The position numbers and the translations under genes were made by a program. DNA of 64,000 nt, from positions 832,001-896,000 of the forward strand of contig CBDFGR010000003.1 in the NCBI GenBank assembly GCA_965247115.1. Direction: 5' to 3'. The stretch is from Myxococcota bacterium (GTDB taxonomy: Bacteria; Myxococcota_A; UBA9160; SZUA-336). The notes beneath the pieces were generated by a model. It saw only the letters and a list, made by a program, of their open reading frames with translations, made no database searches and was not told where the DNA came from. Shown here in pieces: positions 54,749 through 64,000 of this stretch; the stretch's first letter is position 1, and the number at the start of each line of letters is the position of its first letter.

Positions 54749-57025
54749 TCAGCGTTGGAGCGGCAGAGGCAGGAAAGGGTGGACCTGCGCCTGGGGGTTG
54801 CTGAGCTCGATCCGGATCGCGCCGTGGCGCGAGGTCTCCCACAACCGCGCGCCTATCTCGCGCACGCGACGGCGCACGTCCGGATGCGGCAGGGAAGAGC
54901 GCGAGCGCCGCCCCGCACTCGCGATCGCGATGCGGGGCGCAAGGGCCCTCAACCAAACAAGCGCCGTCGACGTGGCACTGCCGTGATGAGAGAGCTTGAG
55001 GATCTCGCAGCGGGTCAGCTCTGGCGCGAGTTTGCGCTCCACTTGCGCGGGAACATCCCCTGGCAGCATCGCGCAGTGCCGACCGGCGCGGACCCGGAGC
55101 ACGAGAGACGCGCCGTTGGAGCTCCTCGGCAAGGAGCCAGACGGGGGCCAGAGCATTCCGATGCGCAGCCCGGACGCTCGCCACGTGTCTCCCCTGGCGA
55201 CCAGGCGAATCGGGATCCCCAATCGCGCCGCCTGCCGCCGCAGACGTAGCGTCGCGGGAGCGAGGAGCGTGGCCTGCGACATCCACAGCTCGGCAACGTC
55301 CACTCCGCGGAGCACCGACTCGGCTCCCCCGATATGGTCGCGATCCGGATGCGTGAGCACCAACGCGCTCAGCGCGCGCACGCCCTCGGCGCGCAGCGCC
55401 GGGAGCACGACCCGGCGTCCGGCATCGAAGCTGGCAAGGCGTGGGCCGGCGTCCACGAGCCAGGCCTCTCCACCACTGCGGACGAGCACGGCATCGCCGT
55501 GCCCCACGTCGAGAAAGAGGAGAGATGCAGGCGCGTCCTCGTTCGCGCGCGAGGCGACCAGACCGAAAACGAGCGCGATGGAGGCCCCGAACAGCAGAGG
55601 CAAGCCGAGCCTTGCGTGGCCCCGTGTCACAAAGCGCAGCCCGAAGCCTGCGCCTGCGAGCCCCAGTGCGAACCAGGCGCGATCCCCCGCAGCGGTGAGC
55701 AGGTCAGGGCTCTCGAGGAGCTCGACGAGACGAATGCTTGCCTCGGCCGCGAGCTGGGCCAGCTGGATGAAGGGAACGCCGAAGCCCGGTGCGAGCGTCC
55801 CCACTACCGCAGCGGCGAGCGCGAGCGGAACCAGCAGCGCGCCGAACAGGGGAACCAAAATCAGGTTGGCGAGCAGCCCGGCCACAGGCAACGGCGCGCC
55901 TAGCTGTACAACAAGGGGTGCCGTCGCGAGACTGGCTGCGAGCGTGCAATGCACGAGTGGGGCAGAGGTCCCACGGCAGCTCCACAGGATGATCCCGCTC
56001 ACGGCAGCGAACGACAGCTGGAGAGCCGGATCGAACAGCGACCCTGGCTCGACTGCGATCACAACGAGTGCCGCCAGGGCAAGGGCATTCCAGCTCGCCT
56101 TCGGCCGCCCTCCGAGAACGGCGAGCGTTCCCGCGCAGGCCATGGCCGCGGCCCGCACCGCGGGGATTCCCGGACCCGTCAACAAGGCGTAGCAGAGGGC
56201 AAGGCCCGCGCCCGCGACCATCGAGATAGCACGCGCCCGCCGCAGCAGAGCAAGTCCCGGCGTCCACCGGACCAGCCAGGCGACCCCGAAGCGGCCGACG
56301 GCAAAGACCCAACCCACGTGTAGTCCCGAGACCGCGAGCAGGTGAGCGGTGCCGGCGCGCGAGAACGACTCGCGCACGCTGTCTGCAAGAGCTGCGCGCT
56401 CCCCTGTAACCAGAACGCGCAGGAGCTGGCCTGCTCGCGTTGGCTGGTCGGGCGGGTCGATCGAATCTCCGAGCCTGCGCCGGGCGCGCTCGAACCGCGT
56501 CTGGAGCGAGCGCGGCTCATCGCCTACTGGAAGCGCCGCTCCGCGGACACGACCTCGCGCCCGCACGCCACGGCGAGCCCAATAGTGGCGGGCACTCGAA
56601 GCCCCCGGGTTCGTGGCGGGGGATAGCGGGCCCAGCTCTACCCGTGCAAGTGCGATCGCTCCCGGTAGCAGCCGGCACGCCTCTAGACCCGCGGCGAGGC
56701 GCGCCCGTCCCTCCGAGACTCCGTGCACGTACACATCGAGGCTGCATCCAACTCCGTTGTGCCTGGGTGCGGAGAGAACGGTCAGCACCGTCGGCTCGCC
56801 AGCCGTGCTCGGAACCGGGGCGTGAAGGCGCAGGCCCAGCGCGAGGGCACCGAGCCCGACTCCGAGCAGGAGCTCGCCGCAGCCCGCCAGCCAGCCGCTC
56901 GGTCGCAGCCTCCAGCAGCAGAACCCGACCGCGACGGCTACTCCACACAGCGGCGGCGAGAGAGCGAGGGCGTCCTCGAGCAGGATGCCCGACGCGTAGG
57001 GGAGCACGACTCGGAGCAGTGGCAC
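54749..57025 (-). CDS. comEC: DNA internalization competence protein ComEC/Rec2
   Basis: AHLLAVSGLHVG, VRAA.M, LQLSF, FLDVGHGDA, LTHPDRDHIGG, LSHHGS. Confidence 0.95.
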   Translation of the reverse strand: MPLLRVVLPYASGILLEDALALSPPLCGVAVAVGFCCWRLRPSGWLAGCGELLLGVGLGALALGLRLHAPVPSTAGEPTVLTVLSAPRHNGVGCSLDVYVHGVSEGRARLAAGLEACRLLPGAIALARVELGPLSPATNPGASSARHYWARRGVRARGRVRGAALPVGDEPRSLQTRFERARRRLGDSIDPPDQPTRAGQLLRVLVTGERAALADSVRESFSRAGTAHLLAVSGLHVGWVFAVGRFGVAWLVRWTPGLALLRRARAISMVAGAGLALCYALLTGPGIPAVRAAAMACAGTLAVLGGRPKASWNALALAALVVIAVEPGSLFDPALQLSFAAVSGIILWSCRGTSAPLVHCTLAASLATAPLVVQLGAPLPVAGLLANLILVPLFGALLVPLALAAAVVGTLAPGFGVPFIQLAQLAAEASIRLVELLESPDLLTAAGDRAWFALGLAGAGFGLRFVTRGHARLGLPLLFGASIALVFGLVASRANEDAPASLLFLDVGHGDAVLVRSGGEAWLVDAGPRLASFDAGRRVVLPALRAEGVRALSALVLTHPDRDHIGGAESVLRGVDVAELWMSQATLLAPATLRLRRQAARLGIPIRLVARGDTWRASGLRIGMLWPPSGSLPRSSNGASLVLRVRAGRHCAMLPGDVPAQVERKLAPELTRCEILKLSHHGSATSTALVWLRALAPRIAIASAGRRSRSSLPHPDVRRRVREIGARLWETSRHGAIRIELSNPQAQVHPFLPLPLQR

Positions 57026-57075
57026 CGCTTGCAGCAGGGTGTGCCGCCCCGGGACCGGTTGGATGGACTTCTAGA

Positions 57076-57408
57076 TCAGTGGAGTACGGGCGGGGGCCTG
57101 GACACGCGAGTCTGCTGACGGAGCCGCTCGAGGCAGACGCCAAGGACCTTCAGCGACTCGTCCATCTTCCTCAGCTCGGAGACGACCTGTCCGACGAGGG
57201 CGTTCACCTCGTGCAAGGACTGGAGACCGGCGCGCCGGCTGGCCTGGTAGGCACTCGCCAGGTTCACGAGAAGCTCCTCGCACTCCTCCGCACTCGGCTC
57301 GCGGCTCCCGAAGCTGTCCAGCAGCGGGGTGAGGTGATCGGAGAACTCCTCCCCGACGCCGAAGCGCGTCTCGAGAATCTGCATCAGCTTCTTGCTGAAC
57401 GCCGTCAT
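57076..57408 (-). CDS. Hypothetical small helical/coiled-coil protein
   Basis: Good codon bias; heptad-like C-terminus ELRKMDESLKVLGVCLERLR. Confidence 0.65.
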   Translation of the reverse strand: MTAFSKKLMQILETRFGVGEEFSDHLTPLLDSFGSREPSAEECEELLVNLASAYQASRRAGLQSLHEVNALVGQVVSELRKMDESLKVLGVCLERLRQQTRVSRPPPVLH

Positions 57409-57567
57409 ACGACCCCGGGTGAGCAAGGAGAATGCCAAGTGCGGGATGCGACGGGACGCTCACCGGTTCGAGTTTGAAACCGGGGGCTTCGACCGACCCA
57501 TTGCGCATAGCTTCAGGAGCGGAGAGCGCGATGGTGAGGAAGAGCGTTGCCCGATGGGTGGACCGGA

Positions 57568-58455
57568 CTACTCACGCCAACGGCGCGGAACCCCGGCGCG
57601 CGTGGCCTTGCGCTCGAGCACGTTCAGCTGCTGGTCCCAGTAGGCTTCCTGCTCCTCGAGATCGGACACCTGTGCCACGTTCTCCTCGGGCATTCGCGCC
57701 AGCTTCGCTCTGACCAGGGAGAGCTGGCCACGGACCTGACGAAACTTGGTGCGCCAGGCGATCTGGTCCAGGCCGCCGTAGATCCCGTCGATCGAGTTGA
57801 TGTCGATCTCCTCCAGGACCAGCGTGCCGCGGGCGGGATCCAGCTCCACCCGGAAGTTGTTGAAGAAGGGCATGCCGAGCAGGCCGGTACTCATGGTGTC
57901 GAGGACGGCCATCTCGACGTTCTCGACCACCGCGCTGCCGATGCGTACCGAGCGGAGGGTCACGACGGGCACCTTCATGCCGACGCCCCCGATCCCGGCC
58001 ACCACGGTGCTGGGCGTATCGGCATCGATCGTGAGGCCGAGGCGATCCACGGCCGAGCGCGGAATCGTGTTCAGCGACGCGCCCGTATCCGCAACGTACG
58101 GCCAGGCCAGCGAACCGTTGAGGGTGGCAAGCAGGCGGATCTCGTTGCCGGCTCGCTGAATTCCCAGTACGTGCCTGGACCCCGACCTGGCCGACGGCTC
58201 CCAGCGCGGCTGCGCCGAGGCCGGCAGCCCTGTGGAGTTCGGGGAGATCACCACGTTGTTCCAGCCGCGTGAGGGCGTGGACTCGTTAACATCTCGCTCC
58301 GCACCGGGCCGCTGACTCGCTGGGACCTGTGACAGGTCGTCCGTCATGTGGACCTGCCCCTTCGCATCCGTCCACTGGTAAATCTCGCCGCTCGCGCCCG
58401 CAGCAAGCAGGCAGAGTACGCTGCACACGGCCACCAGGACTGCCCAACGGCGCAT
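57568..58455 (-). CDS. Secreted retropepsin-like aspartyl protease with DUF4124 domain
   Basis: Signal peptide, IYQWTDAKGQVHMTD (DUF4124), VADTGAS, GLLGMPF. Confidence 0.9.
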   Translation of the reverse strand: MRRWAVLVAVCSVLCLLAAGASGEIYQWTDAKGQVHMTDDLSQVPASQRPGAERDVNESTPSRGWNNVVISPNSTGLPASAQPRWEPSARSGSRHVLGIQRAGNEIRLLATLNGSLAWPYVADTGASLNTIPRSAVDRLGLTIDADTPSTVVAGIGGVGMKVPVVTLRSVRIGSAVVENVEMAVLDTMSTGLLGMPFFNNFRVELDPARGTLVLEEIDINSIDGIYGGLDQIAWRTKFRQVRGQLSLVRAKLARMPEENVAQVSDLEEQEAYWDQQLNVLERKATRAGVPRRWRE

Positions 58456-58560
58456 CGCATGCTCTTCGACTGCCGAGTTCGCCTTCTTCACCTGCACTGG
58501 CATCGGCTTCGCGAGCGTCATCCTTGACGTCCTGTGAACCTTCTAGTCGACGAGCGAGGT

Positions 58561-58714
58561 CTGCGAAGGCAGTAGGGCTGAGCAACGCTGGGTGGTCGCA
58601 AGCCGCGCCGAAGGCGCGGCGCGCAGCGAGCCGGAGGCGAGCGTAGGTGGGTGGCCGTCAGCGGCCCGCGGGTCGCTGACCCGCGGGAGGGCCGCCCGCG
58701 CGCCGGGTCCCACA
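58561..58714 (-). repeat. Interspersed palindromic repeat, copy C plus a degenerate tandem half-copy
   Basis: The reverse complement of 58639-58711 matches copy B at 67/73; hairpin GCCGCGCC-GAA-GGCGCGGC at 58602-58620; 58561-58599 repeats the GACCACCC...GCTCAG...GCCTTCGC half. Confidence 0.9.
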
Positions 58715-58717
58715 AGG

Positions 58718-59698
58718 CTAGCCCCAGAGGTCGCGGGGTGGGGGGTACATGAGGCTGCCTTCGTAGCGGATGGCCGGCTCGCGGTCGCGGGTCAGGAGGA
58801 GGGGACCGTCGAGGTCGACATACGTGGCGTGGCTGGCGAGAAGGGCTGCAGGCGCCATCCCGAGCGAGGTTCCGACCATACAGCCCAAGAAGATCCCCAG
58901 GCCGGCGCGTCGGGCGGAGCCGACCAGGCGCAGCGCCTCGGTCAGCCCCCCCGCCTTGTCGAGCTTGACGTTGACGAAGCGGTAGCCGCGCGGAAGCCCG
59001 TCCAGGGAGCGCGTATCGTGGCAGGACTCGTCCGCGCATAGAGGAACGGGCGACGTGAAGGCGTCGAGGGCTGCGTGGTCCACCCGGGGGAGAGGCTGCT
59101 CGATGAGCTCGACGCCGAGCTCGGCCAGGCGTGGAGCCAGCTCGCGCAGCTGTTCGAGGGACCAGGCCTCGTTCGCGTCGACGATCAACCGGGCAGAAGG
59201 GGCCGCCGCTCGGATTGCGACCACCCGCTCCAGATCGGTGTCGCCTCCGAGCTTGAGCTTGAGCAGCGGCCGGTCGGAAGCGGCACGCGCTGCCTCGGCC
59301 ATGGCCTGGGGTGTGTCGAGACTGATCGTGTACGCCGTGAGCTGTGGGACGGGTTTCGGAAGCTGCGCCAGCTCCCACGCGCTGCGACCGCTCTGCTTGG
59401 CCTCGAGGTCCCACAGCGCGCAGTCGAGCGCGTTTCGCGCGGCACCCGCGGGCAGGAGCTCGCCGAGTCCGGCTCGGTCCAGGCCAGCTTCCACTTCGGA
59501 GCGGATCGCCTCCAGCGCGGCCTGCACGCCTTCAACAGTCTCGTCGTAGCGAGCATACGGGACGCACTCGCCGCGGCCGAGTGCCTCGCCTGCGCGGATC
59601 TCGGCAACGACCACCCGCGACTCCGTCTTGCTGCCCCGGGAGATGCGGAACTTCCCCGCGATCGGCCAGGACTCCGCTCGCACGGAGAGGCTCCGCAA
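58718..59698 (-). CDS. dgcA: Dipeptide epimerase / N-acetyl-D-glutamate racemase (enolase superfamily)
   Basis: FRISRG, GECVPY, AARNALDCALWDL, KLKL, VDANE, IEQP, ADES, NVKLDKAGGLT, DLDGP; adjacent to a DUF1611 gene. Confidence 0.85.
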   Translation of the reverse strand: MRSLSVRAESWPIAGKFRISRGSKTESRVVVAEIRAGEALGRGECVPYARYDETVEGVQAALEAIRSEVEAGLDRAGLGELLPAGAARNALDCALWDLEAKQSGRSAWELAQLPKPVPQLTAYTISLDTPQAMAEAARAASDRPLLKLKLGGDTDLERVVAIRAAAPSARLIVDANEAWSLEQLRELAPRLAELGVELIEQPLPRVDHAALDAFTSPVPLCADESCHDTRSLDGLPRGYRFVNVKLDKAGGLTEALRLVGSARRAGLGIFLGCMVGTSLGMAPAALLASHATYVDLDGPLLLTRDREPAIRYEGSLMYPPPRDLWG

Positions 59699-59707
59699 GT
59701 CCGTAGC

Positions 59708-60727
59708 TCAGATCTGGACGAGCAGGTCGGCGATCGGACCCACCCCCGCCAGCATCGGATCGACGCACACGAGCCCGAGCTCGGCGGACGTGCGCGTCAG
59801 AAGCTCGCGACCCGCCGCAGGCTCGAGCTTTGACGTATCCATGGCAACACCCACGCAACGGATGTCGGGATTGGTGAGGCGACCGGCGGCGATGGTTGCC
59901 TCGATGCAGTGCTCGATGCCCGGCATGGGACGCGAGATCCCCCGCATCTCGGTCCGGGTGGGCTCGTGACAGACGACGAACGCGTCGGGCTGTGTCCCGT
60001 GCAGGATGCCCAGGCTCACCCCGGCGTAGGAGGGGTGCAGCAGTGAGCCCTGCCCTTCCACGACGTCCCAGTGATCGGGCTCGCTGGCCGGCGTCAGCCA
60101 CTCGGCCGCACCCGAGACGAAATCGGCGACCACGGCATCCACGGCGATCCCACGCTCCGAGATCAGGATTCCGGTCTGGCCCGTCGCTCGAAAGTCCACG
60201 TCGATGCCGCGCGAGCGCAGCTCCCGCTCGAGTGACAGCGCGGTGTACTTTTTGCCGCACGAGCAGTCCGTACCCACAGTGAGCAAACGTTTGCCGGGCC
60301 GGCGCGCTCCCGTGCCCACGCTGAGCTTCAGGTCCGTATGGCGCGCGTCGACCAGCCGGCGCCCGTGGCGCTGCGCGGCGGCGTGTACCTCTGGGAGCAG
60401 ACCCAGGCGCGTGTGAAGCCCGCTCGCCACGTCGAGGCCCGCCTCGATCGCCGCCACGATCGTCTCGATCCAGCTGCGCTGCAGCACTCCGCCCGCGTTC
60501 GCCACGCCGACCACCATGGTCCGCGCTCCGCACTCCACGGCCTCCTGCAGACTCAGGTCTGGTAATCCAACGTCCGCCTTGCAGCCCGGCAGCCGCAGCT
60601 GACCGACGCACCAGTCGGGGCGCCAATCCGCGATGCCACGAGCCGTCTTGGCGGCGAGCTCGTCGCGCGCGTCTGCAAGAAAGAGCAGGTAGGGCTTTCG
60701 CATCTCGATGAGCTCTTTGCTAGACAT
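59708..60727 (-). CDS. dgcN: DUF1611 protein / D-glutamate N-acetyltransferase
   Basis: KPYLLFL, AKTA.G, GVANAGG, SGLH, VGTDCSCGKKYT, ATGQTG, EGQGSL.HP; paired with a dgcA-like gene. Confidence 0.85.
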   Translation of the reverse strand: MSSKELIEMRKPYLLFLADARDELAAKTARGIADWRPDWCVGQLRLPGCKADVGLPDLSLQEAVECGARTMVVGVANAGGVLQRSWIETIVAAIEAGLDVASGLHTRLGLLPEVHAAAQRHGRRLVDARHTDLKLSVGTGARRPGKRLLTVGTDCSCGKKYTALSLERELRSRGIDVDFRATGQTGILISERGIAVDAVVADFVSGAAEWLTPASEPDHWDVVEGQGSLLHPSYAGVSLGILHGTQPDAFVVCHEPTRTEMRGISRPMPGIEHCIEATIAAGRLTNPDIRCVGVAMDTSKLEPAAGRELLTRTSAELGLVCVDPMLAGVGPIADLLVQI

Positions 60728-62660
60728 CCTCTCCCGCATCTGCCGTCTGCGGCTCTCCTCCAGCTTGTGCGAAAAAGCGCGAGATCATCTCCGCGTCCGC
60801 CCTCGAGATCTTGCGGACCGCGGCGAGCTCCTCCGCACTGGCGTTGCGGATGCGCTCCAGGCTGCCGAGCTCGCGGAGCAACGCGCGGCGCTTCACGGGC
60901 CCGATCCCCGGTAGCTCGTCGAGGATCGAGCGCAGTCCCGCCTTGCTGCGCAGCTCGCGATGGTAGCGGATGGCAAAGCGGTGCGACTCGTCGCGTACTC
61001 GCTGCAGGAGAAGAGTCGCCGGCGACTCCGGTTTGAGCTCGAGGGGATCCTTGACCCCCGGCAGAAACAGCTTCTCGCGCTTCGAGCCGCCATGTCGGCG
61101 AACTCTCGGCGACGCGGCTTCCAGATCTCGCTCCTTAGCCAGGGACGCAAGCGCGATGTCGCCGATCGAGAGGTCCGCGAGCACCGCACGAACTGCGTTG
61201 AGCTGTCCCTTCCCGCCGTCGAGCATGAGCAGGTCCGGGGCGGGCTCCGTCTCGAGCCGGGAGAGTCGACGCCGGAGCACCTCGCGCATACCCGCGTAGT
61301 CGTCACCGGGATCCGTGTCGCGGAGCTTGTAGCGACGATAGTCGTTCTTGTACGGCTTGCCGTCGACGAACACGACCCGCGATCCGACGCTGAGCACGCC
61401 GTGCAGGTGCGAGATGTCGTAGCACTCGATCCGCCGCGGCAGCTCCGCCAGTCCGAGAAGCTCCGCGATCCCAGCCAGACGCTCCTCCGTGTCCTCCTCA
61501 CGACGCGTCCGTTCGAGCAACGCGAGCTTGGCATTGCGCTCCGCCATCTGGAGGAGCTGGCGCCGTTCGCCCCGTTGCGGAACGAGCAGCTCGACCACGC
61601 GGCCGGCCCGCTCGCGCCAGACCTCCTCGAGCGCTGCCCTGCCGTCCACGTCGACGGGTAGCAGGACCTCTCTGGGGAGGTCTCGATCACCGTCGTAGAA
61701 CTGGGTGAGAAACGAGTCGAGCGCGTCGCCATCGGGGACGCGCACGTTGCCGAAGCTGTAGGCGTTGCCGCCAAGGAGCTTCCCCTGGCGTACGTGCAAT
61801 ACCTGAATCTCGAGCCGGGCTCCTTCGCGCGCCAGACCCAGCACGTCCCGATCCACAAAGCGGGTGGAGATCATCGACTGTCGCTCGACCGTTCTCTCGA
61901 TCGCCTGGACCCGATCGCGCAGTCGCGCCGCTTCCTCGAAGCGCTCTCCGGCAGCGGCGCTCGCCATTCGCTCCCGGAGCTGTCGCAAGAGATCGTGCGA
62001 GCGGCCCTTCATGAACAGGGTAGCTCCCTTGACGAGCTCGGAGTACGCCTCGTCGCTGATCAAGTCGCAGCAGGGAGCCGCGCAGCGCCCGACCGAGTGC
62101 TCGAGGCACGGTCTGCCACGCCGGCGGTAGCTCTTCATCACGGAGTCGGAGCATGTGCGCAGCGGAAAGATTCGCTGCAGCGCGCTCAGCGTCCGGTGCA
62201 ACGAGTTGCTCGCCGTGTACGGTCCGAAGTAGATCGCACCGTCCCGCAGGAAGCGCCGCGTCTCGGTGAAGCGAGGGTACTCCTCCGCGGGATCGAGGCG
62301 CAGGGCCAGGTAATTCTTGTCGTCGCGCAGCCGAACGTTGAAGCGAGGCTTGTGCTTCTTGATGAGCTGGTTCTCGAGGAGCAGCGCCTCCTTGACGTTG
62401 GCCGTCGCAACCACCTCGACGTCGGCAATCTGCGGCACCAGCAGGTGGACGCGGAAGCGCCCGTCCCCACCGCGCACGAAGTAGGATCGGACCCGAGCCC
62501 GCAAGCTCTGGGCCTTCCCCACGTACAGAACACCGCCAGCGGCGTTCTTGAACAGGTAGACACCGGACTGGACGGGAAGAGCCGCGACCCGCTCCCGTAG
62601 AAGATCCCGCGCGGCATCTTCGCGCGTTCCTCGCGCGGCATCTTCGCGGCGTTCAGACAT
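60720..62660 (-). CDS. uvrC: Excinuclease ABC subunit C
   Basis: GVYLF, LYVGKA.SLR.RVRSYF, PRFNVRLRDDK, FGPY, IECYDISH, DGGKGQL, RDESHRFAI, PGIGP. Confidence 0.98.
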   Translation of the reverse strand: MSERREDAARGTREDAARDLLRERVAALPVQSGVYLFKNAAGGVLYVGKAQSLRARVRSYFVRGGDGRFRVHLLVPQIADVEVVATANVKEALLLENQLIKKHKPRFNVRLRDDKNYLALRLDPAEEYPRFTETRRFLRDGAIYFGPYTASNSLHRTLSALQRIFPLRTCSDSVMKSYRRRGRPCLEHSVGRCAAPCCDLISDEAYSELVKGATLFMKGRSHDLLRQLRERMASAAAGERFEEAARLRDRVQAIERTVERQSMISTRFVDRDVLGLAREGARLEIQVLHVRQGKLLGGNAYSFGNVRVPDGDALDSFLTQFYDGDRDLPREVLLPVDVDGRAALEEVWRERAGRVVELLVPQRGERRQLLQMAERNAKLALLERTRREEDTEERLAGIAELLGLAELPRRIECYDISHLHGVLSVGSRVVFVDGKPYKNDYRRYKLRDTDPGDDYAGMREVLRRRLSRLETEPAPDLLMLDGGKGQLNAVRAVLADLSIGDIALASLAKERDLEAASPRVRRHGGSKREKLFLPGVKDPLELKPESPATLLLQRVRDESHRFAIRYHRELRSKAGLRSILDELPGIGPVKRRALLRELGSLERIRNASAEELAAVRKISRADAEMISRFFAQAGGEPQTADAGEDV

Positions 62661-64000
62661 CAACGCTGCCTTCGACCGCCTCTTGCCGCTGTTCGCCGAG
62701 CGCTGGACGAGCCACGACGGGCCGGTGCTTCAAAGCCCGACATGAGCGCCTCGTTCTCAAGCGAGAAGATCTGGTCTCGGATCAGGGCCGCCCGTTCAAA
62801 GTCGAGATCCTCGACCGCGGCGCGCATCTCGACCCTCAGCTTGGTGGTCCGCTGCTCGACGCTCTCGGGAGACACATCGTGCTCGGCGACCTTCGAGACC
62901 GTGACGTAGTCCTCTTCGTACAGGCTCTGAGTCAGGCTCGAGATCTCGGCCTCCACCGTCGCGGGAGTAATGCCGTGATCCGCATTGAATTGCCTCTGGA
63001 GCTCGCGACGACGCCGAGTCTCTGTGACCGCGTTCTGGATCGAGTCGGTCTCTGAGTCGGCATAGAGCATGACCTTGCCGCGCACGTTCCGCGAGGCACG
63101 CCCGATCGTCTGGATGAGCGAGCGCGTCGACCGCAGGAAGCCCTCCTTGTCCGCGTCGAGGATCGCGACCATCGACACCTCCGGAAGGTTGAGACCTTCT
63201 CGCAGCAGATTGATGCCGACGAGAACGTCGAACTCGCCCTGGCGCAGGTCGCGCAGAATTTCGGTCCGCTCGATGGTCGGGATCTCGGAGTGCAAGTAGC
63301 GCACGCGGATCCCGATCTCTTCGTAGTAGGTCGTGAGCTCCTCTGCCATACGCTTGGTGAGCGTGGTCACGAGTACACGATCTCCCCACCCGACACGCTC
63401 GCGGATCTCCCCCAGCAGATCCTCCACCTGGTTTCTGGCCGGCCGGATCTCCACCTCGGGATCCATCAGTCCGGTGGGGCGAATGATCTGCTCGACCACG
63501 ACGCCCCTGCTCTTCTGGAGCTCGTAGTCCGCCGGAGTCGCGGAGAGGAACAGCACCTGATTCACGCGCTCCTCCCACTCCTCGAAGCGCAGGGGCCGAT
63601 TGTCCAGGGCAGACGGCAGACGAAAACCGTAGTCGACCAGTGTCTCCTTGCGCCGTCGATCACCCCGGAACATCCCGCCGAGCTGGGGAATCGTGACGTG
63701 GCTCTCATCGACGAAGCAGAGGAAATCGCTGGGGAAGTAGTCGTGCAGGGTGTGAGGCGACTGGCCCTGCGTGCGCCCATCCAGCCAGCGCGAGTAGTTC
63801 TCCACACCGTGGCAGAAGCCCATCTCGGAGAGCATCTCGGCGTCGTACATGGTGCGCTGTTCGAGCCGCTGCGCCTCGAGCAGCTTCTGCTCGCTGCGCA
63901 GGTACGCCAGCTGCTCATCGAGCTCCGCACGGATCCCCTCGATCGCCTTCTTGATGCGGTCCTCGGTCGAGACGTAGTGGCTGTTCGGAAAGATGATGGT
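62660..64000 (-). CDS. uvrB: Excinuclease ABC subunit B, 5' part outside the window
   Basis: [68 protein letters not shown]. The frame is open to the window edge ([11 protein letters not shown]). Confidence 0.98.
   Translation of the reverse strand, partial: TIIFPNSHYVSTEDRIKKAIEGIRAELDEQLAYLRSEQKLLEAQRLEQRTMYDAEMLSEMGFCHGVENYSRWLDGRTQGQSPHTLHDYFPSDFLCFVDESHVTIPQLGGMFRGDRRRKETLVDYGFRLPSALDNRPLRFEEWEERVNQVLFLSATPADYELQKSRGVVVEQIIRPTGLMDPEVEIRPARNQVEDLLGEIRERVGWGDRVLVTTLTKRMAEELTTYYEEIGIRVRYLHSEIPTIERTEILRDLRQGEFDVLVGINLLREGLNLPEVSMVAILDADKEGFLRSTRSLIQTIGRASRNVRGKVMLYADSETDSIQNAVTETRRRRELQRQFNADHGITPATVEAEISSLTQSLYEEDYVTVSKVAEHDVSPESVEQRTTKLRVEMRAAVEDLDFERAALIRDQIFSLENEALMSGFEAPARRGSSSARRTAARGGRRQR

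Noticed and set aside
1..64000. CRISPR array, rRNA, prophage genes
   Set aside because: No regularly spaced repeats with unique spacers, no rRNA signatures and no phage structural or replication motifs found by eye.

Overview
High-GC bacterial chromosome segment. The gene content (TolC, uvrB/uvrC/comEC/prmA, many catabolic oxidoreductases, a Y1 transposase) suggests a Gram-negative, possibly Myxococcota/deltaproteobacteria-like organism; this is inference. It has three parts. (1) 1-1.6 kb: the start of a MacAB-type ABC exporter operon and tRNA-Ala(GGC). (2) About 1.6-33 kb: a mosaic accessory region of mostly stand-alone catabolic and transport genes, interleaved with at least six gene scraps. 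A 14.86-kb stretch of it (6103-20963) is bounded by TGT-initiated inverted repeats and encodes no transposase, and a third partial copy of that repeat abuts a pseudogene near the tRNA. (3) About 33-64 kb: more core-like genes (TetR-TolC-USP-SDR-GYD-GYD, M28 peptidase, tesA/ybbA/ybbP-like trio, SRAP, V4R-STAS sensor, P-loop/dCMP deaminase fusion, prmA, comEC, dgcA/dgcN, uvrC, partial uvrB), plus a RAYT-like HUH transposase, an internally deleted IS481-like remnant and an interspersed family of ~100-bp palindromic repeats. No CRISPR array, rRNA, phage genes or intact integrase were seen. All product calls come from motif recognition by eye, not database searches, and several starts were moved inward from the ORF track.
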